The position numbers and the translations under genes were made by a program. DNA of 64,000 nucleotides. It comes from Eubacteriales bacterium. Its GTDB lineage: Bacteria > Bacillota > Clostridia > Oscillospirales > JAAYXM01. Location of the stretch: assembly GCA_045580305.1 (NCBI GenBank), contig JAZNNQ010000001.1, positions 115,340-179,339 on the forward strand, given 5' to 3'. Under the pieces are notes generated by a model. It saw only the letters and a program-made list of their open reading frames with translations, ran no database searches and had not been told where the DNA came from. Of the stretch, positions 29,701-39,821 are shown in pieces (the stretch's first letter is position 1; every line of letters begins with the position of its first letter).

Positions 29701-30426
29701 TTAATGCTCGGATTTTTTGAGCCAACGCTCAAATACACCAAGACACAAGGTCAATACTTTAACTACAATATAGTAAATAACTGCGATGATAATAATCGGC
29801 GCAAAAGGTGCGAAGGTAATACTACGCACGATTTCGCTTGCACGGGTAAGGTCATCAAGAGCGATAAGACCAACAATTGCAGTCTCCTTGATCAACACGA
29901 TAAACTCATTCGCGAGGGCAGGGAGAATGTTACGCACAGCCTGGGGAAGAATGATTTTTGCCATAGTCTGTGTCATTGAAAGACCCAGAGAACGACCTGC
30001 TTCCATCTGACCCTTATCAATAGAGTCGAGGCCGGCACGGAAAATCTCGGAAATATAAGCGCCGCTATTTATACCAAAGGCGATAAACGCGATAAAGAAC
30101 TTGCTTACCGAGGAGGTTGCGAAAACAACATAGGTGATGATCATAAGCTGAACCATTGTAGGAGTAGCACGAATAACATCTACATAAATATATCCTATGC
30201 CGTGAAGGATCTTGCCAATTATCCGCAAAAAGATGTTGCGGGAATTCAAGAGTGCGGTAGAACGACGGAGATATGTAGCGAAAAGACCGAGTACAACACC
30301 TAAGGCAATGGAAGCCAAAGATAAAAGAATGGTCGTCTTTAAACCGTCGAGATAGAGCATATAGCGCCCTTCAGCTAAAAAGTTTTTATAGAAGCTATTT
30401 ATAAAAACATCAAAAATGATAACCAC
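29701..30426 (-). CDS. Polar amino-acid ABC transporter permease
   Basis: RATP, SGAYISEIFRAG, GQMEAGRSLG, NEFIVLIKET. Confidence 0.93.
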   Translation of the reverse strand: MVIIFDVFINSFYKNFLAEGRYMLYLDGLKTTILLSLASIALGVVLGLFATYLRRSTALLNSRNIFLRIIGKILHGIGYIYVDVIRATPTMVQLMIITYVVFATSSVSKFFIAFIAFGINSGAYISEIFRAGLDSIDKGQMEAGRSLGLSMTQTMAKIILPQAVRNILPALANEFIVLIKETAIVGLIALDDLTRASEIVRSITFAPFAPIIIIAVIYYIVVKVLTLCLGVFERWLKKSEH

Positions 30427-30561
30427 TTCCTTTCATTGGTTTAATAAGTATACAATATCTTGAATAAAATTTCAAGTCCTTTTAACGGCGCGTCCTTTAA
30501 ATTCAAAGACAGGCAGATTATCTTTGGCTTTTTCATAAATTTTAGTCGAGGAGTTGATAGA

Positions 30562-31260
30562 ATGCCTTTAATATCATCACTACTTGCACTTGCGGCAAAT
30601 AGCTTTTACTTTGCACTTTTCGTATCAAACGGGTCATTTCCAAAAGCGCTGTCAGGTGAGGAAGAACAAAAATATTTAGAACTGATGTCACAGGGCGATG
30701 AAGAAGCGCGGAATAAACTTATCGAGCATAACCTCAGACTGGTGGCCCATGTAATAAAAAAATACTATACATCGGTTGACCAGGAGGATTTGATATCCAT
30801 CGGTACAATAGGGCTTATAAAGGGTGTAACAACTTTTAAACCGGGCAAGGGAACCCGTCTCGCCACCTATGCGGCGCGCTGTATAGAAAATGAAATTTTA
30901 ATGCATTTCCGCGCCGCAAAAAAACATGCAAACGAGGTTTCACTATCCGACTCAATAGATAGGGATAAAGAGGGGAATGCCCTGGCACTTATGGATGTGA
31001 TAAGCGCTGAGTGTGAGGATTTAGATCGTGTAGATGCGCAGGACACGGAATTTAAACTACACCGTCTTGTGCGCAAGGTATTGGATGACAGAGAGCGTGA
31101 AATCATAGCTATGCGTTACGGATTATATGATCTGCAACCCAAAACACAGCGGGAAATAGCCGCAAAATGCAAAATCTCCCGATCATATGTATCGCGAATA
31201 GAATCCAAGGCACTGTCCAAACTAAAAAACGCATTTTTAGAAAGCGAAAAGAAGCCCTGA
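30562..31260 (+). CDS. sigK: RNA polymerase sporulation sigma factor SigK (pro-form, uninterrupted)
   Basis: Hydrophobic pro-sequence, then SFPKALS, HNLRLVAHVIKKY, RLATYAARCIENEILM, TQREIA..ISRSYVSRIE. Confidence 0.9.
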   Translation: MPLISSLLALAANSFYFALFVSNGSFPKALSGEEEQKYLELMSQGDEEARNKLIEHNLRLVAHVIKKYYTSVDQEDLISIGTIGLIKGVTTFKPGKGTRLATYAARCIENEILMHFRAAKKHANEVSLSDSIDRDKEGNALALMDVISAECEDLDRVDAQDTEFKLHRLVRKVLDDREREIIAMRYGLYDLQPKTQREIAAKCKISRSYVSRIESKALSKLKNAFLESEKKP

Positions 31261-31270
31261 GGCTTCTTTT

Positions 31271-31810
31271 CTATTTAAATAATTTTTCAACCGCATCGGT
31301 GATATTCTGCGGCTCGTCATAGGTAACATATACAACATATCGGCCAAATGTCTTTGTCATATTTTGCTGCACCTTTTCAAACTGATCGGGCAGATAATTC
31401 TCCCATGTCCGATACTGCTCGTCGCGTATCTGTTTAACATAATTTTCGAGATCCGGAACATCTGCGTCGGTCTTGGCTTTCAGCACAACAATCATATCGC
31501 TTTTTACATTCATATTATGGGTGATAACCAGTGCATCCTCAAGTTTGTTTTTGTCGTATTCGATGGGAAGTGTGAAATTTTCATCGCTAAGTCGCATTAC
31601 GCTGTAAGAGGGGAGCGCGCCATCTGCAAAATCCTCTTCAACCGCGGCACCCATACTCATTAGATTCGCCTTCATCTCTGCAGTGATGGTCGAGGAAATT
31701 TCGTCAATTGTCGCCATTTCCTTTTGCATATTCATATCCTTACCGCAACCGGCAAATGAGAAGATTGTTCCGCAAATAAGGAGCGGAATTACAATTTTTT
31801 TAATATTCAT
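31271..31810 (-). CDS. Lipoprotein, DUF4358-like
   Basis: Lipobox FAGC; YLPDQFEKV and GRYVVYV C-terminus. Confidence 0.7.
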   Translation of the reverse strand: MNIKKIVIPLLICGTIFSFAGCGKDMNMQKEMATIDEISSTITAEMKANLMSMGAAVEEDFADGALPSYSVMRLSDENFTLPIEYDKNKLEDALVITHNMNVKSDMIVVLKAKTDADVPDLENYVKQIRDEQYRTWENYLPDQFEKVQQNMTKTFGRYVVYVTYDEPQNITDAVEKLFK

Positions 31811-31874
31811 TTTATCGCCTCCATGTATTAGGATTTGATAAAAATATGAAAATATACAAAAAGAGCTAACAATG

Positions 31875-32900
31875 TTAGCTCTTTTTATCGGTCTGTTTAA
31901 TTGATGCAAGGGGATTGACACGCGCCGCCGTGCGTAAATCCTCCTCTTCTACATGGGTGTATATTTCGGTCGTGTTGAGATTTTGATGTCCCAAAATTTC
32001 TTGAAGAACACGAACATCAACACCGCTTCTGTACATGAGAGTAGCTGATGTGTGGCGAAGTTTATGTACGGAAATTTTTGGATCAAGCCCCGCCCAACGG
32101 CAATATTTCTTCACAAGCCACTTCACCGTTTCAGTTGAGATGCGGCGCTTATGCTTGCTTATAAAAAGTGCATTTCTGTCGATGGGGCGGATTTCCTTTA
32201 TTACCTTGCGCTTAAGTAAATATGTATTTATAGCGCTGATGCAGGCATCATTTAAAAATACCACGCGCTCCTTGTTACCTTTACCGATAACTCGCAGTGA
32301 ATCTTCTCTAATGTCCGTTAAATCAATGCCGCAAAGTTCAGATACACGCAAACCGCAATTTAAAAACAGAGTGATGATACAATAATCACGCTCTTTGAAT
32401 TCGCCGTCAATGTGATCAAGAAGAGATACGCTTTCGTTAAGACTTAAATATTTAGGCAAAGAACGGCGAATTTTTGGCGTTTCAAGATCACTCATCGGAT
32501 TTACTTCAATAAGACGCGCCTTTTTTTCCAAATATTTGTAAAATGCACGAATAGATGCTATTTTGCGGGCACGGCTGGTAGCGGACAAGCCGTGCTTGCT
32601 GTTCTTGCTGTTGGGGTGTACCGCACGGTCACGGGCGAGATAATCAAGATAAGCATAAACATCGGTAAGCTTAATGCGGGTAATCAAAGAGAGGTCAACA
32701 TCATCAATGTTAATGGAATCCAGTTCCTCAATTTTGTCCGATGGCACCAGCTCGAAAAACCATTTCATATATCTGAAGAATAGACGCAAGTCCAGATAAT
32801 ATTCGTCGCAGGTCTTTGGCGAACGACCACCAACTGTCGAAAGATAACGGGTAAAGTCATCGAGCAGAGGGAAGGTCTCACTTTTTTTCTTGATATGCAT
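31875..32900 (-). CDS. XerC/XerD-family tyrosine recombinase
   Basis: Catalytic residues intact: GLRVSEL, GKGNKER, HKLRH, LGH, TEIYTH. Confidence 0.92.
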   Translation of the reverse strand: MHIKKKSETFPLLDDFTRYLSTVGGRSPKTCDEYYLDLRLFFRYMKWFFELVPSDKIEELDSINIDDVDLSLITRIKLTDVYAYLDYLARDRAVHPNSKNSKHGLSATSRARKIASIRAFYKYLEKKARLIEVNPMSDLETPKIRRSLPKYLSLNESVSLLDHIDGEFKERDYCIITLFLNCGLRVSELCGIDLTDIREDSLRVIGKGNKERVVFLNDACISAINTYLLKRKVIKEIRPIDRNALFISKHKRRISTETVKWLVKKYCRWAGLDPKISVHKLRHTSATLMYRSGVDVRVLQEILGHQNLNTTEIYTHVEEEDLRTAARVNPLASIKQTDKKS

Positions 32901-32911
32901 AAGTTATCTCC

Positions 32912-33979
32912 TTACGGTGCAATGGGATTGGACATTATGTCGATAACACGCACGGTGAATTTTTGCTTGTTTATGTGTGCAAGTACAGACTTTAATCGAT
33001 TTATCGATGTATCGGATTCATCAAAAAGCAAAACCGTGCTGGCGCGAGTGTTGAGCAGGTTGTTTATCTGTGTAGAGTTGCGTACTCTTGCATCCAAATT
33101 AGTGCCCCACTGGCGGTAACCGTTGACTTCGGCGTCGGATATTTTACTGTCAGCGCGTAAAAGTCGTGATTTTTCTTTTGCTATTGTAAACAGAAGGTCA
33201 TTTGCCTGTGATGCTTCCGCGGTGGAGTTAGCATAAATTCCTATAGAATGTCTGCCGGCACATAAGCGTCTGATGAGGTTGTCATCAATCATTGCATCTT
33301 TTGATATGAAAAGGGTAGCCGGTAGATTGTAGTTGTTCAAAAGTGTTGTAATTTCGTTTAGTTTTTCCGGGCTTTTAATATTCACGGTTATATATACAAC
33401 ATTGTTTGTTAAATCATCTTTTGTATCAGGCACACTGTTGTTTCCCGGATCGGGTTCCGGGGCCGGTGTAACCGATGGCTGACTTTTATTATAAGCGGCG
33501 AGCAGGTCGGGAATGCGGTTTCGCGCAATGTATGTAAACATGGTGTCCGACATACTTGAGGTTGTTCTGAAGCGAAGGGTAGATACCTCGCTTATATATG
33601 AAAAGGTAATACCAAATTGCTCGGCCACAAAGGCGGCGGGAACATATACGGTACCGTTTCTGAAAAAGGAACGCTGATTAAACTGGGTTCCGCCTTCTTT
33701 GTAAGCGGTTCCTTTGCCAACATTAAAAACGAGGGTTACATCCCAGTTATACAGAACGGCAGTACCCAGGTCTTTGTTATAGGATGCGCTTATACCAAGG
33801 TCTCCACGAGTAAAGTCCATATAATCAATATACCAAGTGCCGCCGGAAGAAAAGGGCATCGCATTGTCCAGCGGGAGCATAGCGTTATTTATGCCGACAT
33901 AGACCTCGTTTGCGGCAGTGGAATATAAAGGAATGACCAAAAGCGATAATGTAATCAAAAGGGCAATAATGCGCTTCAA
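32912..33979 (-). CDS. Secreted protein with a copper-amine-oxidase-N-like region and a degenerate polysaccharide-deacetylase-like C-terminus
   Basis: Signal peptide after TTG 33979 (RBS ggaggtg); YVPAAFVAEQFG; Pro-rich linker; VYITVN..ATLF..HSIGI deacetylase-like fold lacking the DDG motif. Confidence 0.6.
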   Translation of the reverse strand: MKRIIALLITLSLLVIPLYSTAANEVYVGINNAMLPLDNAMPFSSGGTWYIDYMDFTRGDLGISASYNKDLGTAVLYNWDVTLVFNVGKGTAYKEGGTQFNQRSFFRNGTVYVPAAFVAEQFGITFSYISEVSTLRFRTTSSMSDTMFTYIARNRIPDLLAAYNKSQPSVTPAPEPDPGNNSVPDTKDDLTNNVVYITVNIKSPEKLNEITTLLNNYNLPATLFISKDAMIDDNLIRRLCAGRHSIGIYANSTAEASQANDLLFTIAKEKSRLLRADSKISDAEVNGYRQWGTNLDARVRNSTQINNLLNTRASTVLLFDESDTSINRLKSVLAHINKQKFTVRVIDIMSNPIAP

Positions 33980-34156
33980 AGTAAAACACCTCCTTTGGAT
34001 AAAAGTATAGCATAAAAAAACGCCTTTAACAAGAGCGATGGCGTTAATGTAACAAAAAAGTAGCAAAAAAAATCCTGTATTCTATGCAAAATACAGTTTG
34101 CACGATGGAAAAAATGTGCTATAATACATTCAAGATAATATTTGGGAGGCATTAAA

Positions 34157-35227
34157 ATGTTAGATATTAAGATTCAAAAGACAACCGCGCCCAAGGCTAA
34201 ACCGGCAAAGGGTGCAAAACTTGGTTTCGGTAAAATTTTTACCGATCATATGTTTATTATGAACTACACCGAGGGCAAAGGCTGGCATGATGCCCGCATT
34301 GAACCCTATGGTAAGCTCTCACTTGATCCCTCTTGTATGGTATTCCATTACGGTCAGGAAATGTTTGAGGGTCTTAAGGCATATCGCGGTGCTGACGGTA
34401 AGGCAAGACTTTTCAGACCGGAAATGAACGCTAAGCGTGCTAATATGAGTAACGAGCGTCTTTGTATTCCCGAGATCCCCGTTGAGGATTTTGTGCAGGC
34501 TGTGAAGGCGATTGTAAAGGTTGACGAGGACTGGATTCCCGAAGATGACGGCACATCACTTTACATTCGTCCCTTTGTTATCGCAACAGACGAATTTTTA
34601 GGCGTTGCTCCTTCTAAGACATATTTATTCATTATTATTCTTGCGCCCAGCGGTGCATATTACGAAAACGGACTGGCTCCGGTTGGTATCTGGATTGAGG
34701 ACGATTATGTTCGCGCTGTTAAGGGCGGTATGGGATTTGCAAAGACCGGTGGTAACTACGCAGCATCTCTTGCAGCTCAGGTAAAGGCTCACGACGACGG
34801 CTATTCTCAGGTTCTTTGGCTCGACGGTGTTGAGCGAAAGTACATAGAAGAAGTCGGCGCTATGAATATCTTCTTCAAGATTAACGGCAAGATCGTTACT
34901 CCGATGCTCAACGGCAGCATTCTCCCGGGTGTTACCAGAAACTCCGTTATCGAAATGTGCAAGTCCTTTGGCTATGATGTTGAGGAGAGAAGAATTTCTG
35001 TTGATGAGTTAGTTGATGCTGCAAAGAGCGGCGCACTTGAGGAGTGCTTCGGTACCGGCACCGCTGCTGTAATTTCTCCGGTTGGTAAGCTCAGATACAA
35101 AAATGATGTATTTGAGATCAATAACAATGAAATCGGCGCTGTAAGCCAGAAACTCTACGACACTATTACCGGTATTCAGTGGGGCAAACTCGAAGACACC
35201 TTCGGTTGGACCGTTTCCGTGGAATAA
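34157..35227 (+). CDS. ilvE: Branched-chain amino acid aminotransferase
   Basis: HYGQEMFEGLKAY, YIRP, KTGGNY, EEVGAMN, ILPGVTR, GTAAVISP. Confidence 0.96.
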   Translation: MLDIKIQKTTAPKAKPAKGAKLGFGKIFTDHMFIMNYTEGKGWHDARIEPYGKLSLDPSCMVFHYGQEMFEGLKAYRGADGKARLFRPEMNAKRANMSNERLCIPEIPVEDFVQAVKAIVKVDEDWIPEDDGTSLYIRPFVIATDEFLGVAPSKTYLFIIILAPSGAYYENGLAPVGIWIEDDYVRAVKGGMGFAKTGGNYAASLAAQVKAHDDGYSQVLWLDGVERKYIEEVGAMNIFFKINGKIVTPMLNGSILPGVTRNSVIEMCKSFGYDVEERRISVDELVDAAKSGALEECFGTGTAAVISPVGKLRYKNDVFEINNNEIGAVSQKLYDTITGIQWGKLEDTFGWTVSVE

Positions 35228-35232
35228 TAACT

Positions 35233-35607
35233 ATGAGCAATAAGGTAGAAACATCAAATGCTCCGGCGGCTATCGGCCCATATTCTCAGGCGATAGTTAC
35301 AGGGAACCTCATCTTCACATCCGGACAAATTCCGCTAAACCCGGAAACCGGCTTGCTGGAAGGTGCAACTATTACCGAGCAGGCACACAGAGTGTGCAAA
35401 AACCTGGAAGCCATACTTGTTGCTGCCGGCAGTTCTCTTGAAAAAGCGGTAAAAACCGTTTGTTTCTTAAGTGATATGGCGGATTTTGCGGCTTTTAACG
35501 AGGTATATGCTCAGTATTTTACCGGGAAACCTGCTCGCTCCTGTGTTGCAGTAAAGCAACTTCCTAAGGGTGCGCTGATCGAGGTTGAAGTTATAGCGGA
35601 AAAGTAA
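35233..35607 (+). CDS. RidA family enamine/imine deaminase
   Basis: APAAIGPYSQA, SGQIP, PARSCV, LPKGALIEVE. Confidence 0.93.
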   Translation: MSNKVETSNAPAAIGPYSQAIVTGNLIFTSGQIPLNPETGLLEGATITEQAHRVCKNLEAILVAAGSSLEKAVKTVCFLSDMADFAAFNEVYAQYFTGKPARSCVAVKQLPKGALIEVEVIAEK

Positions 35608-35623
35608 TAGGCAAATTTACCTA

Positions 35624-35652
35624 TTGACAAGGGAAAACAAAAATAATATAAT
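35624..35652 (+). promoter_or_regulatory. SigA promoter of the T-box-trpB unit
   Basis: Perfect TTGACA-17 nt-TATAAT. Confidence 0.85.
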
Positions 35653-35669
35653 GTAGTAAATTTAATAGT

Positions 35670-35965
35670 TAAACCGTTGAAGCGGAGATAACGGCAATGA
35701 TGCCTTTACAGAGAGCCTGTGTTGCTGAAAGTCAGGTAAGAAACAAGTTGTCAAATGGACCGCTGAGGGTGCAGTCAAATGTGATTTATCACAGAGTATT
35801 CTGCAACGCTTTGGCAGGCGTTACTTGTCGGGGATATGTTTGTATCCTGCTAAGCGCATAGGTATATTCCTATGAATTCAAGGTGGCACCGCGGATTATC
35901 GCGTACTGTTTTGTACTGTATTCGTCCTTGACAGAATAAATAAATTTCTGTCAAGGGCATTTTTT
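35670..35965 (+). promoter_or_regulatory. T-box riboswitch, Trp specifier
   Basis: AGAGA and GCTGAA stem-I motifs, specifier TGG at 35756-35758, T-box AAGGTGGCACCGCG at 35880-35893, terminator ccttgacagaa/ttctgtcaagg plus Ts. Confidence 0.9.
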
Positions 35966-36063
35966 ATATGCAGGAGGTAATCAAAATGCTACTAACCAAA
36001 CGATGGCGAAACTTAAATCTAATATTGAAGTAAACTAAATTATATTATTTGGAGGAAAATAAA

Positions 36064-37281
36064 ATGAAATTAAACAATATTGACTTTGATACATATTTTA
36101 AAAACTATCCGGACGAGAACGGATATTTTGGCAAATACGGCGGTGTATATGTTTCTGATGAACTTAAAGTCGCAATGCGTGATATTACCGAGGCGTATCA
36201 GACAATCTGCAAGTCCAGTAAATTTATAAGCGAACTTCGTCGCATACGCCGTGAGTTCCAGGGCAGACCCACTCCGATTTCACATCTTGACCGTTTATCC
36301 GGTAAGCTTGGTAATGTCCAGCTTTATGTTAAACGCGAAGACTTAAACCATACAGGCGCTCACAAGTTAAATCACTGTATGGGTGAGGCACTTCTTGCAA
36401 AATATATGGGTAAAAAGAAGCTTATTGCTGAGACCGGTGCAGGCCAGCACGGTGTTGCTCTTGCAACCGCTGCTGCATATTTTGGACTTGAGTGTGATAT
36501 TTATATGGGCGCTGTTGATATTAAAAAGCAGGCACCGAATGTTGCCAGAATGAAGATACTCGGCGCTCGCGTCGTTGAGGTAACACATGGGCTCCAGACT
36601 CTCAAAGAAGCAGTCGACGCTGCATTTGAGGCATATTGCAAAGAATACAAGGACGCTATTTACTGTATCGGCTCAGTGCTTGGTCCTCATCCGTTCCCGC
36701 TTATGGTTCGTGATTTCCAGAGTGTCGTAGGCATTGAAGCAAGGGAGCAGTTCCTTGATATGACAGGTGAGCTTCCCGATGCAATCGTTGCTTGTGTTGG
36801 TGGCGGTTCTAATGCTATGGGCTTTTTCTCCGGCTTCTTAAATGACCCTGTTGAGATTTATGGCGTTGAGCCGTTGGGTCACGGTCCAAAATTAGGTGAC
36901 CACGCTGCAAGTCTTATGTATGGTGAAGAGGGTATTATGCACGGCTTTAACAGCATAATGCTTAAAGACGCAGACGGTGAACCGGCACCTGTTTATTCGG
37001 TTGCAAGCGGTCTCGACTATCCGTCCTCCGGTCCTGAGCACGCATTCCTGCGCGACAGCGGTCGTGTTAAGTACGATGTAATCAATGATGAGGATGCGGT
37101 TGATGCATTCTTCGAGCTTTCCCGTATGGAGGGCATCATACCGGCAATAGAAAGTTCCCATGCGGTTGCTTACGGTATTAAACTTGCTAAAGAACGCGGT
37201 AAGGGCTCTGTTCTCATCAACCTCTCCGGCAGAGGCGATAAGGATATGGATTACATCATCGAAAAATATGGTATCAGATAA
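36064..37281 (+). CDS. trpB: Tryptophan synthase beta subunit (stand-alone)
   Basis: [38 protein letters not shown]. Confidence 0.95.
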   Translation: MKLNNIDFDTYFKNYPDENGYFGKYGGVYVSDELKVAMRDITEAYQTICKSSKFISELRRIRREFQGRPTPISHLDRLSGKLGNVQLYVKREDLNHTGAHKLNHCMGEALLAKYMGKKKLIAETGAGQHGVALATAAAYFGLECDIYMGAVDIKKQAPNVARMKILGARVVEVTHGLQTLKEAVDAAFEAYCKEYKDAIYCIGSVLGPHPFPLMVRDFQSVVGIEAREQFLDMTGELPDAIVACVGGGSNAMGFFSGFLNDPVEIYGVEPLGHGPKLGDHAASLMYGEEGIMHGFNSIMLKDADGEPAPVYSVASGLDYPSSGPEHAFLRDSGRVKYDVINDEDAVDAFFELSRMEGIIPAIESSHAVAYGIKLAKERGKGSVLINLSGRGDKDMDYIIEKYGIR

Positions 37282-37285
37282 AAAT

Positions 37286-37317
37286 GGCGCAGTCATTAAG
37301 ACTGCGCCTATTATTTT
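37286..37317 (+). terminator. trpB terminator
   Basis: ggcgcagtc/gactgcgcc followed by a T-rich tract. Confidence 0.7.
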
Positions 37318-37330
37318 AAATTTTTTCTAT

Positions 37331-37390
37331 TTACCTATTGACAAAGTAGGTAATAATGTTAGATTATATATGCCAACCAAACAAGTAGGT
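37331..37390 (+). promoter_or_regulatory. metY promoter with a palindromic operator (probably Rrf2)
   Basis: ttaccta-ttgacaaag-taggtaa palindrome encloses the -35 TTGACA; extended -10 TGtTAGATT; second half-site agtaggt near 37384-37390. Confidence 0.55.
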
Positions 37391-37520
37391 AGAATAAAGG
37401 CGATGTTATGGAAAACTATTTTGAGAAACTGGTTCGTGCCAATTTTCGTTTCGGTCGAATGTGATGGTTCGAGATTTTAAATTAACTATTACATTCTAAT
37501 ACTGAAAGGAAGAAACATTT

Positions 37521-38804
37521 GTGTCTAATTATAAATTTGAAACATTACAGGTTCATGTGGGTCAGGAGAAGGCCGATCCTGCAACTGATGCGCGTGCAGT
37601 GCCTATTTATGCAACTACCTCATATGTATTTCACGATTCTGCTCATGCAGCAGCTCGTTTTGGTTTAGCTGATGAGGGAAATATTTACGGTCGACTTACC
37701 AATTCAACTCAAGATGTCTTAGAAAAACGCGTTGCGGCTCTTGAAGGTGGCGTGGCTGCTTTAGCATTGGCTTCTGGAGCTGCGGCTATTGCGTATACCT
37801 TACAAGCTCTTGGCCAAAACGGAGGTCATTTTGTAGCACAGAAAACCATCTATGGCGGAAGTTATAATTTACTTGCGCATACTTTGCCGGGTTTTGGAAT
37901 TACATCTACCTTTGTTGACATTCATAATTTAACTGAAGTTGAAGTGGCAATCAAGGACGATACAAGAGCTATTTATATAGAAACTTTAGGTAATCCCAAT
38001 AGCGATATTCCCAACATTGATGCATTAGCTGAGCTTGCGCATAGATACGGATTACCATTGATTGTGGACAACACCTTTGCAACACCGTACCTTGTCAGAC
38101 CAATAGAGCACGGCGCCGATATTGTAATTCACTCCGCCACTAAATTTCTCGGTGGTCACGGCACTACATTGGGTGGAATAATTGTCGACTCGGGAAAATT
38201 TGACTGGTCTGCGAGCGGTAGATATCCCGCGATTTCCGATCCAAATCCCAGTTATCATGGAGTATCTTTTGTCAAGGCTGTAGGACCGGCGGCATTTGCA
38301 ACTTATATACGCGCAATACTGCTTCGTGATACCGGTGCTACCATTTCTCCATTTGCGGCATTTTTACTGTTACAGGGAATCGAGACATTGTCTTTGCGTA
38401 TAGAACGCCATGCAGAAAACACGAAGAAAGTAGTTGAGTTTTTATCAAATCATCCTCAGGTTGAAAGGGTAAATCACCCCTCTCTTGTAGATAATCCGGA
38501 TAATGTGATATATCGAAAATATTTCCCAAATGGCGGTGGCTCGATTTTCACTTTTGAGATCAAGGGTGGCGTGCAGGAGGCGCAGAAGTTTATCGATAGC
38601 TTAGAGGTTTTCTCCCTGCTTGCCAATGTTGAGGATGTAAAGAGTCTTGTTATTCATCCGGCCACTACTACGCATAGCCAGCTTTCGGAAGAAGAACTTT
38701 TAGATCAAGGAATAAAGCAAAATACCATTCGTCTTTCAATAGGTACAGAGCATATCGACGATATTATCGCCGATTTACAGCGTGGCTTTTATGCTGCTAA
38801 GTAG
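37521..38804 (+). CDS. metY: O-acetylhomoserine sulfhydrylase
   Basis: [26 protein letters not shown] (PLP lysine), IHPATTTH. Confidence 0.92.
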   Translation: MSNYKFETLQVHVGQEKADPATDARAVPIYATTSYVFHDSAHAAARFGLADEGNIYGRLTNSTQDVLEKRVAALEGGVAALALASGAAAIAYTLQALGQNGGHFVAQKTIYGGSYNLLAHTLPGFGITSTFVDIHNLTEVEVAIKDDTRAIYIETLGNPNSDIPNIDALAELAHRYGLPLIVDNTFATPYLVRPIEHGADIVIHSATKFLGGHGTTLGGIIVDSGKFDWSASGRYPAISDPNPSYHGVSFVKAVGPAAFATYIRAILLRDTGATISPFAAFLLLQGIETLSLRIERHAENTKKVVEFLSNHPQVERVNHPSLVDNPDNVIYRKYFPNGGGSIFTFEIKGGVQEAQKFIDSLEVFSLLANVEDVKSLVIHPATTTHSQLSEEELLDQGIKQNTIRLSIGTEHIDDIIADLQRGFYAAK

Positions 38805-38817
38805 GAGGTGTTTTGAA

Positions 38818-39746
38818 GTGTCAAAGATTTTTACATCTGCAGATCAATTGATCGGTAAAACTCCGCTTTTGGAGCTTGTTCATATTGAAAAAAGCAATGC
38901 TCTCAACGCAAAGATCCTTGCTAAGTTAGAATATTTTAATCCTGCCGGCTCAGTTAAAGACAGAATTGCAAAGTCAATCATTGATGATGCAGAAAGTCGC
39001 GGTAAATTAAAACCAAATTCAGTGATTATTGAGCCTACTAGCGGAAATACAGGCATAGGACTAGCATTGGTTGCAGCTGCGCGAGGTTACCGTATAATTC
39101 TTGTTATGCCGGAAACTATGTCCATTGAACGCCGACAGCTTATAAAAGCATATGGTGCTGAACTTGTTTTAACCGAAGGTGCCAAGGGTATGAAAGGCGC
39201 AATTGCAAAGGCTGAGGAATTGGCGGCTGAAATTCTCGATAGTTTCATTCCCGACCAGTTTGCAAATCCTGCAAACCCAAAAGCGCACAGAGAAAATACC
39301 GGACCGGAAGTCTATGAAGATACTGATGGTAAAGTAGACATCTTTGTTGCGGGAGTTGGAACAGGCGGAACAATAACCGGTGTAGGTGAATATCTAAAAT
39401 CTAAGAACCCCAATGTGAAAATTGTTGCAGTTGAGCCAGCTTCATCTGCAGTACTATCAACCGGTGTTGCGGGCGCTCATAAAATACAGGGCATTGGCGC
39501 AGGCTTTGTACCCGAGGTGCTAAATACCGCTATATATGACTAAATCATTACCGTGACCGATGAAGACGCTTTTGCTACCGAAAATTGATCGGCAAAAGTG
39601 AGGGTGTTTTAGTTGGAATTTCATCGGGTGCCACCGCGTGGGCAGCCATAGAGCTTGCCAAACGCTCGTAAAATGCGGGCAAAACGATAGTTGCTCTTTT
39701 CCCTGATACCGGCGATAGATACTTATCTACACCACTGTTTGAATAG
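38818..39746 (+). pseudogene. cysK: Cysteine synthase A pseudogene
   Basis: [17 protein letters not shown] and GVGTGGT are intact. There is an in-frame TAA at 39541-39543, a 1-nt deletion near 39580 and a second TAA at 39669-39671. The C-terminus (EGVLVGISSG...PDTGDRYLSTPLFE*) is readable in the shifted frame to 39746. Confidence 0.9.
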
Positions 39747-39821
39747 AGGTAGTACTTGAAAAGTATCATTTTATGCTGTAAACTTATATGTAGTTAAAAT
39801 GATAAACGGAGGATGGGCATA

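Noticed and set aside
30562-32900. skin-like element interrupting sigK
   Set aside because: sigK is complete in one frame, and the nearby recombinase is a tyrosine (Xer) type lying outside the gene.
37372-37520. SAM riboswitch or T-box in the metY leader; mini-ORF MENYFEKLVRANFRFGRM at 37408-37464
   Set aside because: No S-box (ATC..GAG..GAT) or T-box motif and no terminator. The mini-ORF has only a weak RBS and may be a gene remnant.
39541-39671. Stop-codon readthrough or programmed frameshift in cysK
   Set aside because: The stops are TAA, which terminates many genes here. Two stops plus an indel with no slippery site or recoding structure fit a pseudogene better.
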